Below, one piece after another: positions 1-13,252 of a stretch of DNA of 64,000 bases. A program made the position numbers and the translations under genes. The DNA is from Octopus vulgaris (lineage: Eukaryota). The notes beneath the pieces are model-generated. The model had not been told where the DNA came from, did no database searches, and saw nothing but the letters and a program-made list of their open reading frames with translations. The DNA is taken from assembly GCA_951406725.2 (NCBI GenBank), contig OX597826.1, positions 32,054,001 to 32,118,000 of the forward strand. The letters are read 5' to 3'. How positions within the stretch are numbered: position 1 is the first letter of the stretch; each line of letters begins with the position of its first letter.

Positions 1-275
1 TGGTTTTATCTCTAATTTAATATAATATAATATAATATATTTATACTATAAAATTGGATTTAATCCTAAATCTGATTTTTCCCTGTAAGTTTGGATTTAT
101 TCCCTAATATTTTATTATATATATATATATAAGTAGGTGAATGTTTATCGTCAGCATGGATAATTCATTTAACCGATACCTGGGTAGCAAATTCACGTCA
201 GAAAACACGGTTGAAGCGACCTGTCAAGGGTAGAATATCCAGTTTCTTGTGTAGAAATTTGTACGTTGTATATAG

Positions 276-578
276 ATGAATGAAAGAATGGAGTCGAACG
301 AAGATGTTAACAAAATTCCTTTACTCTCGACATATTTTTATTCCGAAGGAATAAAAGGTACATTATGCAATCTTCTCATCGGGAAAGATAAGGAGCCTCT
401 CTCAACTACAGGATGAACAAAAATTTCGATGATTGCCTACATGGTGATCACAGCGATAATCAGAAGATTGCATAATGTACCTTTTATTCCTTCGGAATAA
501 AAATATGCTGTCTTCGAAACATGTCGAAAGTAAAGGAATTTTGTTAACATCTTCGTTCGACTCCATTCTTTCATTCAT
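276..578. mobile_element. Fold-back element (inverted arms 276-376 and 462-578) carrying hammerhead-ribozyme parts; probable inverted Penelope-like pLTR remnant
   Basis: Arms are near-perfect reverse complements apart from a 16-nt indel (gctgtcttcgaaacat). Abuts a (TA)n tract. Hammerhead boxes CCGATGA (minus, 382-376) and GAAACATGTC (plus, 516-525). Confidence 0.7.
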
Positions 579-732
579 ATATATATATATATATATATAA
601 GATATAAGATACAGTGTACATTTAAACACTTTAAGAGGTTTCCATCATTAGAATCATTTATGCTAGAAAGAACAGGTAAAGTCCAAGCCACTAATTAGGG
701 ATAGATTCTCTGATATTATTAATTATATATAT

Positions 733-767
<35 letters not shown>

Positions 768-985
768 CTGATATCTGCTGACTGCAATAGTGTGGAGAGC
801 ATAAATCACAAGCAAAAGAATTCAATTTAGATAAATCATCCATCCATCCGTCCATCCATACATACATCTCTTGCTCTCTCTCTCTCTCTCTATGTGTATG
901 TATATATATATCTCTTTCTTTCTCTCTTTCTCTCTCTATATATATATATTTATATATATGTACATATATAAATATATACACACAT

Positions 986-1020
<35 letters not shown>

Positions 1021-1813
1021 CAAGCACATATATGTATGCATATATATATGCATATACATACATATATATATATATTTACATATATACATATATATATATA
1101 TGTATATATATCTATACATATACATGTACATATATATATACACACACACATATACATATATACACACAGCCACACACCCACACATAATGCACACATGAAT
1201 ACCTATATATTCATAAGTGTGTCTTTGTGTGTGAAAAAGAGAGAAGGCATGTCTGTGTAGATGTGAATTTGTGAATGCTTATATGGATTATATATTGGCT
1301 GGACAAAAACATTGAGCAAGCCATATTAATTACGAACAAAACAAAACAAAACAAAACAAAAACCAGCATGATCTGGACTCAACAGACAAGAATGAGCATG
1401 ATGAATAAGATGGGTGTTTGCAAGAGCAACAGTCACAATTGTAAATTGAGACCATTTAAAATCTTTAACAACTACTGGAGACATGGAATCTAAATTCTGG
1501 TGTTAAATTTTTCAAGGAAACTAATAACTGCCAAATTCTATTGAAATGAAAATTTTTGCATAAGAGACATGTGAGTTTCAAAATTAATGCCTGATTAATG
1601 AGGGTTGAACATAGATATGAGATAATGATGTATACTGTCTGTGGTAGTAAAAAAAGTTTAAAAAACGGGGAAAAAATGCCTTAGCAAAATTTTAAAGATT
1701 CAGAAAAAACATTAGAAGTTGTAACCATATTATATATATATATATATATTATATAAATCCTTAAATCCTTAAAAATGTTTTAGCCCGAAGGCCGCAGCAA
1801 TGCTGGGGCACCA

Positions 1814-1846
<33 letters not shown>

Positions 1847-1948
1847 AATATATAAATATATAAATATATATACATATACATACATACATATATATATATA
1901 TATATGAATATCTATAGATAGATATATATGTAAATATATATATATGTG

Positions 1949-2006
<58 letters not shown>

Positions 2007-2048
2007 CATATATATGTATATATATAAAAATATATATATGCGTATATA

Positions 2049-2307
2049 TAAGAAAATGAGATAAAAAAGGAATAAGTGATTGTTTTCCCAATTTCTGCCA
2101 TAAGATGCATTGGGTTCATAGTTAAGTGCTTGAGTAACACCTTACAGCCTCAAATATGAAGTGCACTTCATATTAGAGGCTCTGATGAAGCTAAAAGGTA
2201 TTACTCAAGCACTCAACTATGAGTGCATTGCACCTTGCTGTAGAAACAGCTGAAGCTAATGAAGTTCTTAAAATAATTGCTTATTTTTTGTCATCTCATT
2301 TTCCTTA
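2049..2307. mobile_element. Fold-back element with a degenerate hammerhead in the right arm
   Basis: Palindromic centre cctcaaatatgaagtgcacttcatattagagg and complementary ends taagaaaatgagat / atctcattttcctta. CTGATGA at 2182-2188 and GAAACAGCTG at 2243-2252. Confidence 0.6.
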
Positions 2308-3736
2308 TTACTGCTCTGTACTTGGCTAACATTTTTGTTCTGAAGCATATACATATTGAGTTCTACACCAGGTTATTATCTTCACAATGCCTAACTGAAA
2401 TACACACCCACACACACCATATATATGTAGCAGGTTCTTTTGCAATATTTTAAGCTTGAATGATTGCTCGATAGCACGTGGCATGCTATACAAGCTTGCC
2501 TGACAATTTTGTTATCAAATGTAAGAAACTTAGAGTAAGTCATATTCATATCTTGTATATATTAAATGATGTTCATCTCACATATGTTATTATATATTTG
2601 CTTATTTGTGTATGTGTGTGTGTGTATGTCAAATGTCTTCTGTGCTATTAAGAAGTGTTTCCCCTGTTGAGCCAAGCATAAAACATGAGGCCATGTCAAA
2701 AGAAGACGATTAAGACAGAGTATGGCAACTTTGTGATATTCATATCTTTTTTATTGTGAATTACTGTGACCAGCTGATTGGAATCTATCTATCTGTCTGT
2801 CTGTCTGTCAGTCTGTCTGTCTGTCTGTTTGTCTGTCCATACGTCCATCTGTCTGTCTAGCTGGCTGGCTGGTGCAATCCTTGCATGCATGCATGCCTCC
2901 ATATATATGTGTGTGTGTGTGTGCATGCTTATATATACATCTGACACATTTGTGTATATATGTTAATCATTCCATATGTATGCATTCATATATTCATGCA
3001 TTCATGCATGCGTGTGTATCTCTCTCTCTCTCTCTTTCTCCCCGCTCTTTGTATATACACACACATACATACATGTATGTATCTATCTAGATATATATTT
3101 CAAACATATATTTGAACACAAACACACTTACACCTATACCTACACACACACACCTACAAACACACACTCACACACACACACACACACCTATACATGTGCC
3201 CCTACACATATATATCAACATTTTTTTTTTTAGTATTTCATTTTTCATTTTTACTCTACTTACATACATCCATAAGATGATTAACATGAAAATATCACAA
3301 TGCAATTAAATATAATTGGATTAAATAAAGATACTAACGAACGTTATAAATGAGTTCTTCATTTCTTTCTCATTTTAAGGCTTCTGTATAAAGTTTTTAT
3401 TCTCTATCATAGAAAATGAAGTCAAGATAATGTGGAATGAATGTTGGTATGACAAACCGATTATTGCTGCAAATTTAAGCATCTTTGTTGAACTTTTGGA
3501 TTCATTTCTTTGACATACTTGAATAGAACATTGACATGAGTGTGTGTATGTGTGTGTGTGAGAGAGTGTGTGTGAGAGTGTGTGTGTGTGTGTGTTAATG
3601 CTTTGCAGAAAATAATTGCTGTGATACTATTTTATATACATAGTTATAAGTGCATAGGTTTATATGTTAGCACACATGTGCATATATATATATATTTATA
3701 TTTATATATATATATTTATATTTATATATATTTATA

Positions 3737-3804
<68 letters not shown>

Positions 3805-3882
3805 GTATATATGTATTTTTATCAATGCATGTATATATATTCACACACACATATGCATATATGTATACAGATATATATATAC

Positions 3883-3914
<32 letters not shown>

Positions 3915-4091
3915 TCATTTGGCATATATTTGTATGTGTATATATAGTCATATGACACATATATGAATATGTAAAAATATATATATATGCCCAGGTGTCG
4001 AAACCATAATGATGATGGAGGTATGTTGGATTCTTGGTATGGCTGCTTTTGTATATGTAGAATAGTGTTATAACACATCCTTTTGATATGT

Positions 4092-4211
4092 ATAATTTCT
4101 TTATTTGTGAATTAAGGCTATGATTGGTTTCATGCTAAAATGAGTAGGAGAAAATCCAAGTATCTTAACATGAAATCTATGGTAGCCTTAATTCACAAAC
4201 AAAGAAATTAT
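4092..4211. repeat. Inverted repeat (about 50-bp arms) between (TA)n tracts
   Basis: ataatttctttatttgtgaattaaggcta ... tagccttaattcacaaacaaagaaattat are reverse complements. Confidence 0.75.
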
Positions 4212-4254
4212 TTATACACCAATGTGGTATTGAGTACTCATTCCAATATTCTAC

Positions 4255-4294
<40 letters not shown>

Positions 4295-4332
4295 TACAAC
4301 TTCACTTTGTTTTATATATATATATATATATA

Positions 4333-4371
<39 letters not shown>

Positions 4372-4538
4372 TATGTATATAGAGAGAGGGGGAGAGACAG
4401 ACAGAAAGACAAACATATAGATAGATAAACAGACATACAGACTGACATATAGATAAATAGATGGATGAGTACAGATATACACTATATTGTTCTTATACAG
4501 TGAGCCACGAGTCTAGTGTGTGAACACACACACACATG

Positions 4539-4920
4539 CCCTTAGTGGCTGACGATATGTGCATCTCTGATCATGAGCAGAAGTAGTTGGGGAGCATCAT
4601 GGCCATGTGTTGAGAGGAATTCTTTGGGATTTGGATAATTCACCTTTGGAAACATGCGTGTTTCATTCATCATCCTTAAACAACCCTTATTCAGGGACCT
4701 TTTGAGTGGGTTAACCTGCTCGACCTGAAGAAAATTCCAACTGGGCCCCACCTGCAAGGTCATGTGTTGTTTATCTTGATAAGATCACTGTGACGTGCAC
4801 ATATGGTTGTGATGCATGTGCCTTGTGTACCCTTATCAGATGGATAGTCATGATGGGTATACTGGGCTTCGTATATTTTAGCCCAGTGTCATTTTGATGG
4901 CATGCACTACTCTCTCAATA
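4539..4920. mobile_element. Interspersed non-coding repeat associated with (AAT)n, copy 1
   Basis: Colinear and highly similar to 50190-50580; runs directly into an (AAT)n tract. Confidence 0.85.
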
Positions 4921-4965
4921 ATAATAATAATAATAATAATGATGATCATGATGATTATAATAATG

Positions 4966-5013
<48 letters not shown>

Positions 5014-5757
5014 TACTTAGTGGGTCATTGATGAAGCAGAAAATGAGAGATTATGATATGACAGATTCTTTAAGCTGTAGCATACGAGAAATTGGAAGTC
5101 TGCTTGTGATAAGATAAGATTTGTTATCTTTTGTAAGGAAGCTTTCTGTCAAAATGGTGTGATTTGGTTATGAATAATTAGCAGTGAATTGGTTCAAGAA
5201 TTGTCATGTAAGTTTTGATGGTATAAATAAAAACTGTTTGGGTTTTGCCGTAGGTTCTAGAGGTCGGACAAAATTTAGTATCATGTAAGAAGGTAGATTA
5301 TTTGTGGATCAGTGTTAGTAGAATATAAATAGTTTTAAAATGGCATATGCATGTTAGAGAGAGTGAGAGAGAAAGAAAGGTAGAGAGACAGAGGTAGGAA
5401 AGAGAGAAAGAGAAAGAGAGAGAGAGAGAGAGGGAGGGAAAGACATATAGATAAAGAGATGCTAAGGAATATCATTATTAAACACACCACATCTGTGTCT
5501 GTACATCATAAGCAAGTGTAAATATTGGTATGTCTGTGTGTTTATGAATGTGTATATGTATATATATATGCATGTGTGTGTGTGTGTAGACAGTGTTACA
5601 TACACAGAAGCACATAAAGACATACACAGTCTCATATATACACACGCACACACACACACACACACACACATATGTGTATAAAACGTACATTAATATAGAT
5701 AAAATCTCTCTGATTGGTTCTAGGTAGCAACAGCCAAGGGCATAGCTAATTTAATAG

Positions 5758-5806
<49 letters not shown>

Positions 5807-5942
5807 CTGTGTGTGTGTGTATGTATATAAATACATATACATATATATATATATACATACATACACACACATATATATGTATATATAGAAATACATAAAT
5901 ACATATGTGCATGTGTGTGTAGTGTGTGGTGTGTATGTTTTA

Positions 5943-5980
<38 letters not shown>

Positions 5981-6356
5981 GTATGTGCGTATGTGTATAG
6001 GTATGTTTATATTATCACAAAGGAAAGGAAAATATTGGTAAGTGGGGAGTGGGGGGAAATCCATGTTTCTTTGCTGTAGTTTCTCTTTTTATTTAGAAAA
6101 AAACATCAAAACATTTCTTAAGCTTTAATGCTTATGTCTGAGAATGAATATTTTTTGTATGGTACTGCATGGAGCATATATATATTTATAAATGTATGTA
6201 TATCATATAGTTATAGAGAAGAGAGAAAGAGAAAGAGAAACAGAGAAAGAAAAAGAAAGAGAGAGAGAGAGAGGAATGTTCATTCATATGTCTATATACT
6301 TGCAAATGTATTTATGTGTATTCGTATGCATGTGTTTATATGTGTGTGCATGTGTG

Positions 6357-6412
<56 letters not shown>

Positions 6413-6986
6413 AATATGCTGTGATACGTTTTTGTTCATGTTATAATGAGAAACAACAGAAATTCTATTTCTACACTCGAAATAGCAAATATATCTCCCA
6501 ATGCTTGCAATAGTGTTTTGCTTTCATAACTTTTCCAAGTTGTATAACTAGAAGACTTTTTTAAAGCATGTTCAGTTGGCTCTTCAGGAAATTCTAGGGG
6601 CAAGCAGAAAAAAAATTACAAGTGCTTTAACATGCACTAGAGATATGAAATGTATACTTCATGGAGAAATGCATAGAAGTGGATGTTTGCATGTGTCCTC
6701 ATTATGGGGATTTGTTGCTGTTTTGGTTTATGGTGAAAGGACAATGACTTTCACTTCAGAGTGTTCTGTTGACCCAACTGCACTCTCTCTCTGTGTACAT
6801 ACATGCATACACACACACACACACACACATATATACATACGTACATACGTATATGTTTAGTTTAATACACACACAAACATGTACTTATATATACATTTAT
6901 ATATAAAAATTCATAGAATGTATGTATAGATGCATACTTGTTTAAATATGTACGTATGTATATATATATATGCATGTACGTGTGTG

Positions 6987-7034
<48 letters not shown>

Positions 7035-7076
7035 TACATACATATATATATAGATATATATATATACGTATATGTA

Positions 7077-7124
<48 letters not shown>

Positions 7125-7174
7125 CACATATATACATACATATATATATAGATATATATATATACGTATATGTA

Positions 7175-7206
<32 letters not shown>

Positions 7207-7234
7207 CATACACACTAACTAGTGAGTAGGTATT

Positions 7235-7389
7235 TTAGAAATAAGAGAAATCTTGAATGCAAGAGAATATCTTTGAAAACAGCTTACAGGATTGGGTACC
7301 ACTTTTTCTATCTCTAAGGGTATTTCAACTGATCCACTAACCTGTTTTCATTGCTATTCTCCTCTGTTGGAGATTTCATTCATTTCTAA
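7235..7389. repeat. Degenerate inverted repeat between microsatellites
   Basis: tagaaataagagaaatc...gagaatatctttgaaaacag aligns with the reverse complement of ctgttttcattgctattctc...gatttcattcatttcta. Confidence 0.5.
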
Positions 7390-7846
7390 TACACACACAC
7401 ACACACACACATATATACATACAAACATATATATATATATATACATGCATGCATACATATTTATATATATACTTATATATATTCTTAGACATATGTATAA
7501 TGACAATATTTCTTTTAACTATACTCTTCTGAAGAGCTCTGAAAGCAAAGCACTATCGTAAATATTAGGAGTTTTCAGAATATATTTTGGTAAATGTATA
7601 TTAATGTAAATGTATACTGTGTTGTTTCCTCGTAAACTGCCCACATATTTGAAGAGCTCTGTTGTTTACAGAATACTTACAATGCATTCACATTATTGAG
7701 CACTCTGTATTAAGCATATGTTGATAGACTAGTAGCAACATTGATTGTAGCATGAGAGAATTAGAATATATATATGTATGTATGTGTGTGTATATATGTA
7801 TATATATATGTATATATATGTATATATATATGTTTATATATATATG

Positions 7847-7877
<31 letters not shown>

Positions 7878-7920
7878 GTATGTATATGTATGTATATATA
7901 TATATGTATATATATATGTA

Positions 7921-7955
<35 letters not shown>

Positions 7956-7960
<5 letters not shown>

Positions 7961-8272
7961 ATGTGTATGTATATATGTGTACATATATACATATATTTAT
8001 ATAGACATATATTCACATATACACATGTATAAGTAAATATGGTAATCATTCATATATATATATATATATATACAGACACACACATATATATATGCATATG
8101 CACATGCACACACAAGCCTCTATCAAAATATATGAAATATATATATATAAGTATATATTCATATATGTATATATATATATATACACACACATATATATGT
8201 TTATATACATATATATGTATATATATGCATGTATCTATATATATATATATGTATCTATAATATAACATTCAA

Positions 8273-8321
<49 letters not shown>

Positions 8322-8645
8322 ATGTGTATATATATATATGTGTACATATATACATATATTTATATAGACATATATTCACATATACACATGTATAAGTAAA
8401 TATGGTAATCATTCATATATATATATATATACAGACACGCACACACACACATATATATATGCATATGCACATGCACACACAAGCCTCTATCAAAATATAT
8501 GAAATATATATATATATAAGTATATATTCATATATGTATATATATACACACACACATATATATATTTATATACATATATATATGTATATATATGCATGTA
8601 TCTATATATATATATATATATATGTATCTATAATATAACATTCAA

Positions 8646-8652
<7 letters not shown>
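7956..8652. repeat. Tandem duplication, unit about 360 bp, in TA-rich sequence
   Basis: Unique anchors gtataagtaaatatggtaatcattc, caagcctctatcaaaatatatg and tctataatataacattcaaatac each occur twice in the same order. Confidence 0.85.
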
Positions 8653-8691
<39 letters not shown>

Positions 8692-8799
8692 ATATATATC
8701 CATATGTATATACAAAGTTTTCATATATATATACAAATATATATACATGTATAATATAAATATAGATTTATATAAAATATAGGAATATCATATATAAAA

Positions 8800-8843
<44 letters not shown>

Positions 8844-8874
8844 GTATGTATATATATATATTTATGTATATATA

Positions 8875-8908
<34 letters not shown>

Positions 8909-9996
8909 CATCTATGTATGGATATATGTATATATATATTCACATACACACACATATATATAATTATGTATATATACATATGCATATATATATATACATA
9001 TATATGTATATAAATATGTACACATATATGCATAGGTGCTTAGTACATATATATATATACATATATGTTTATATAAGGCACAAATGAAACAATAATGAAT
9101 TTTTTGCACATTTTTTTGCACATTTAAATTAATCCTCAAAGGACATTATATACCTATATTTATAAATTAAATATTATAAATCCATATGTATATAATGTTA
9201 TACATTTTATGTCCATATTTATGTAACATTCTTTATAAACTAATAACATTGCTGGTTAAAAATTTGATTCAAATCTTCAACATTTAATAATATATTATCA
9301 AACAGTTCATGAATACTGTGTATAGAATATACTGCTTTTTATTTTTTAATTGAATATAATTGCATAATGTCTCATCATTTGTATTTTACAATTGTAATCC
9401 TCTTAAGTTTATTCGTGAAGTATTTTCAAAATATATCAAGAAAATGCATGATTGCCTGAGGTACTGAACCAAACAACACAGCAATGATATTATATGACAT
9501 GGAAAACTTAACCCTATAATACACAAGAATTTAGATGTTTCGTAAGCATTAACAGTAACTATATTTTGATCAATACATCTATAAATATATATTTTAATTC
9601 TTAGAAATTCAGGAATTCTAAATGATTTAAAATAGAAAATTTGAATTATAATTACATTTTATTCTTACATTTTTTTAAATATTGGATTTGAAAACAATTT
9701 GTATATTTATTTTGCATTATAGGGTTAATTTTAAAGTTAATTCAATTTTCTGCTCTCATTTTCTTTTTTGTGTTATGGTTTAAATTTCTTTTAAATATTC
9801 TGACAATAAAAATTGTTTGTTCTAAACAATTTTAATGTCCTTTGAGAATCTAAAATGTTAAATGATTGCAACTTAAACCGACTAACATTTAACCAAATTT
9901 AGCATCAATTGTGAAAATGAAAAATAAAAAAAAAACTCCCTGATCCCCCAAATAAATGCTACTCTAGACAGAGTTCATTACCTGCCCACAGTTTAA

Positions 9997-10437
9997 TCAT
10001 GAGTGGTGTAAGGAGAGTTGCTTGGTGCTAACAGGCTGCACGGATGCGGAAGCTGGTGTTAATTTCGTTGTAGTGTACATCTGTGACCCAACAGACTGGT
10101 AATGCTCAAAGTGGTCAGTGTCATCATCCAATGCAGAAGTCGTCGTCATTACAGATGAATAAATCGGCGTGGCATGACTAAAGGCAAACTGTTTACTCTC
10201 AAAATTCTCTGTCTTGCCGTCTTCCTCAGGGAAGTCACTAGCAACACTGAGAATTTTCAGTTCTTCCAGAAGTTTCATGAACTCTGCCTTTAACATTACT
10301 GCTTCATAGAGCTGCTGCAGTCTTTTGAATTCACTGAATTCTTTTGATAACTGTTTTGTGAGGGTAGCCAGTTGCTGCAGTTCAGCATGGGAGCCGTGGA
10401 AGTCATCAATGTCGGCCGACCCAGCAGGGTTGGCGGC
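9997..10437 (-). CDS. Last coding exon of an unidentified gene (AANPAGSADIDDFHGSHAELQQLATLTKQLSKEF...LHHS*); coiled-coil-like segment then Ser/Thr-rich tail
   Basis: GC-richer, non-repetitive 147-codon frame. Acceptor tttccacttgcag|GCC at 10438/10437, TGA at 9999-9997, donor-like CAG|GTAATG at 9982/9981. Confidence 0.8.
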   Translation of the reverse strand, partial: AANPAGSADIDDFHGSHAELQQLATLTKQLSKEFSEFKRLQQLYEAVMLKAEFMKLLEELKILSVASDFPEEDGKTENFESKQFAFSHATPIYSSVMTTTSALDDDTDHFEHYQSVGSQMYTTTKLTPASASVQPVSTKQLSLHHS

Positions 10438-11066
10438 CTGCAAGTGGAAATCACTTCTGCAAAGTTTGCTTATACTGAAAAGTTATCGCTTCTGGATCAC
10501 GAAGGATGACATAATACTAATTCAACTTTGATAAAACTACACAAACTAACCAAAAAAATAAAGAAATATCCATACATAGATATTGATTCCATAATATCAG
10601 TCAGTTGAAAATAAAATATAAATAAAAAAAAACATAAATAAATAAATAAAAAGTCAATTAGGATTTAATGAAATAATTAGATAAAGCTGGTTGCTTTACA
10701 AGTAGGGTTAGATTTACGATCCAGATGATAAAGATTCTAAAAGAATTAGAAAGATAAATTTATAATCTGTCAAATCCATTTGAGAACAATTAAAATTAAT
10801 TCGACAATAAAATGAATATGTATCAATTAGAATTATAAGTAATACTTAGGCTTTTAAAAAGTGCTTTATCTGGCAATTTAGTAAATAATTTTAATATTAG
10901 TGGAATGTAGTACTTAATATTTAAATTCCGCCATGTCAGGTATGAATGATATATAGATACAGATACATACATACAGAAACAACAAAACACTAATATATCT
11001 GCAAAAATCTTATTATTATTATTATTATTATTGGCATTTAGTAGAGCTGGCTTCTATAAGCCTTGA

Positions 11067-11208
<142 letters not shown>

Positions 11209-11383
11209 GTATGCACGTATTACTTATATACATACATACCTGTGGTGCACAAATATAAGATTAATTGTACTTTGTAAAGCTTCAGCTTAAACTAAAGACT
11301 ATACTCTATATCTTGTATTCAGTACTTTGTCTCCTAGTTTATAAAAAAAAATATTTATACATGTATGGGTATGTATGTATGTT

Positions 11384-11447
<64 letters not shown>

Positions 11448-11777
11448 CATGCGTGTGTGTGTGTGTATGCATGACATCAACTTTAAATTCCTGTCAATTA
11501 ATAGCAAAGAAAAGACTAACACTTCCTCAAACACACACATGCATACACACACACACACACACACATCCATACATATATTTAATGGTTGTGTTTTACACTC
11601 AACAATACCTTTTACATGCACACACACTCTGACATCACCCCACCCCAACACATATATAGTAATTACCTTAAGTTGTAATGTACAAGATGTTGTACACATG
11701 CATAAACATATGAATTTCTGTGTGTATACACACACACAAATGCATATATATATTTATACATGTATATACACATATCA

Positions 11778-11809
<32 letters not shown>

Positions 11810-11981
11810 GTAAGCAGAGTTAGTGGTTGGAATAACCGTCTAAGGAATAAGAATATCCCTTTAACTACCGGTATAAAATACCTATGTTAACCCTGGGCAT
11901 GGATATGCAAGCATACTATGCTCATAGGATACAGGTATAAACAGAATAAACAAAAATTATCAAAAATCAAATTTAAAATAT

Positions 11982-12113
11982 GCAGAAAATGGAGGAAAGT
12001 TTTGATCAATAAACAAATTGACCAACATCGGTTAATTATTTTTTAATACTAAAAAATAATTAACCAGTGTTGGTCAATTTGTTTGTTGATCAAAAATTTT
12101 CTCCATTTTCTGC
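11982..12113. repeat. Near-perfect 132-bp palindrome with a tiny loop
   Basis: gcagaaaatggaggaaagttttgatcaataaacaaattgaccaacatcggttaattatttttta - atac - taaaaaataattaaccagtgttggtcaatttgtttgttgatcaaaaattttctccattttctgc. Confidence 0.9.
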
Positions 12114-12533
12114 TTATTTATATACATATACACACACATATATATATGCATATACATATATGTATGCATACACAGATGCTTACACATGTATATAAATATA
12201 TATGTATTATATATATTTATATATGTAGGCATTTATTGTTGAATCTAAACTTTATATATTTTTGAGATATTATAACTGATTATGACTTACATGTATGACA
12301 GAGTCTTAATACTAAAATATGAAGTCTCCATCCCTTTTATTTGAATTTCCAAACACAGCAATTAATGTCAGGTAATAAATAAACAGAAGGTTATTTGTTA
12401 TTTTTGTTTTGCAGTATACGAGGTGTTAAAGGAAACTTAAAACAAAAGGAGATATTTGAAATTCAAACATTGTTGAAAGTAGGCTGGAAGAAATGATGGG
12501 GCTGGTTGACAAACGTTTGGCACTGATAACATT

Positions 12534-13015
12534 GACACAGGTATGGCTGTGTGGTAAGAAGTTTGCTTCCCAGCCACGCGGTTCTGGGTTCAGTCCAACT
12601 ATGTGGCACTTTGGGCAAGTGTCTTCTACTATAGCACTGGGTCAACCAAAGGCTTGTGAATAGATTTGGTAGATGGAAACTGAACGAAATGTATGTGTGT
12701 ACATGTGTGTGTGTGTATGTGTGTGTGTGTGTTTGTGTGTTTGTGTGCGTGTGTGTGTGTGTATGTGTGCGTGTGTGTGTATGTGTGTGTGTGTGTGTGT
12801 TTGTGTGTGTGTGTATTTGTTCCCCACCACTGCTTGATAACCAGTGTTGGTGTGTTTACATACCAGCAACTTAGCGATTGAGAAAAAGGGATCGATAGAA
12901 TAAGTAATAGGTTTAACAAAGAGAAACAAGTTCTGGGGCTGATGTGTATGACTAAAATTCTTCAAGGCAGTCCCCCTGCATGGTAAGGATCTAATGAATG
13001 AAATAAATAAATGAT
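12534..13015 (+). mobile_element. tRNA-derived SINE, family A, with internal (GT)n
   Basis: A-box-like tggctgtgtggtaag, B-box-like gggttcagtcc and core ttgggcaagtgtcttctactatagc. Homologous copies at 14511-14976, 42121-42534 and 16780-16966. Confidence 0.85.
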
Positions 13016-13252
13016 AAAAAAAAAGGATATATATCTAACACGGCCACTTCTATGATACTTAGATATATTTAAAAGAGTGGCAACAATAAGATGATAATTT
13101 TATTTTCAAACGCATAAACGCTGATGGAACAGCAGAGATTGGATAAGATATCCATACAAAGTGGAAAAATTTGTCAGCAACCAGCCGTGAACTATCGTAG
13201 TAAATTTAAAAAAGTTGTATTACATTATGTAATCTCTCTTTCTAGCTCTAAT

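Noticed and set aside
691-9139. Numerous YI-, CV- and HT-rich ORFs here and throughout the window
   Set aside because: They are translations of (TA)n, (TG)n and (CA)n microsatellites, open on both strands, with no splice or composition support.
10325-10531. Plus-strand 68-aa ORF
   Set aside because: Antisense shadow of the minus-strand exon.
12534-12610. tRNA-like A/B boxes at SINE heads
   Set aside because: No complete cloverleaf; these are SINE 5' domains, not tRNA genes.
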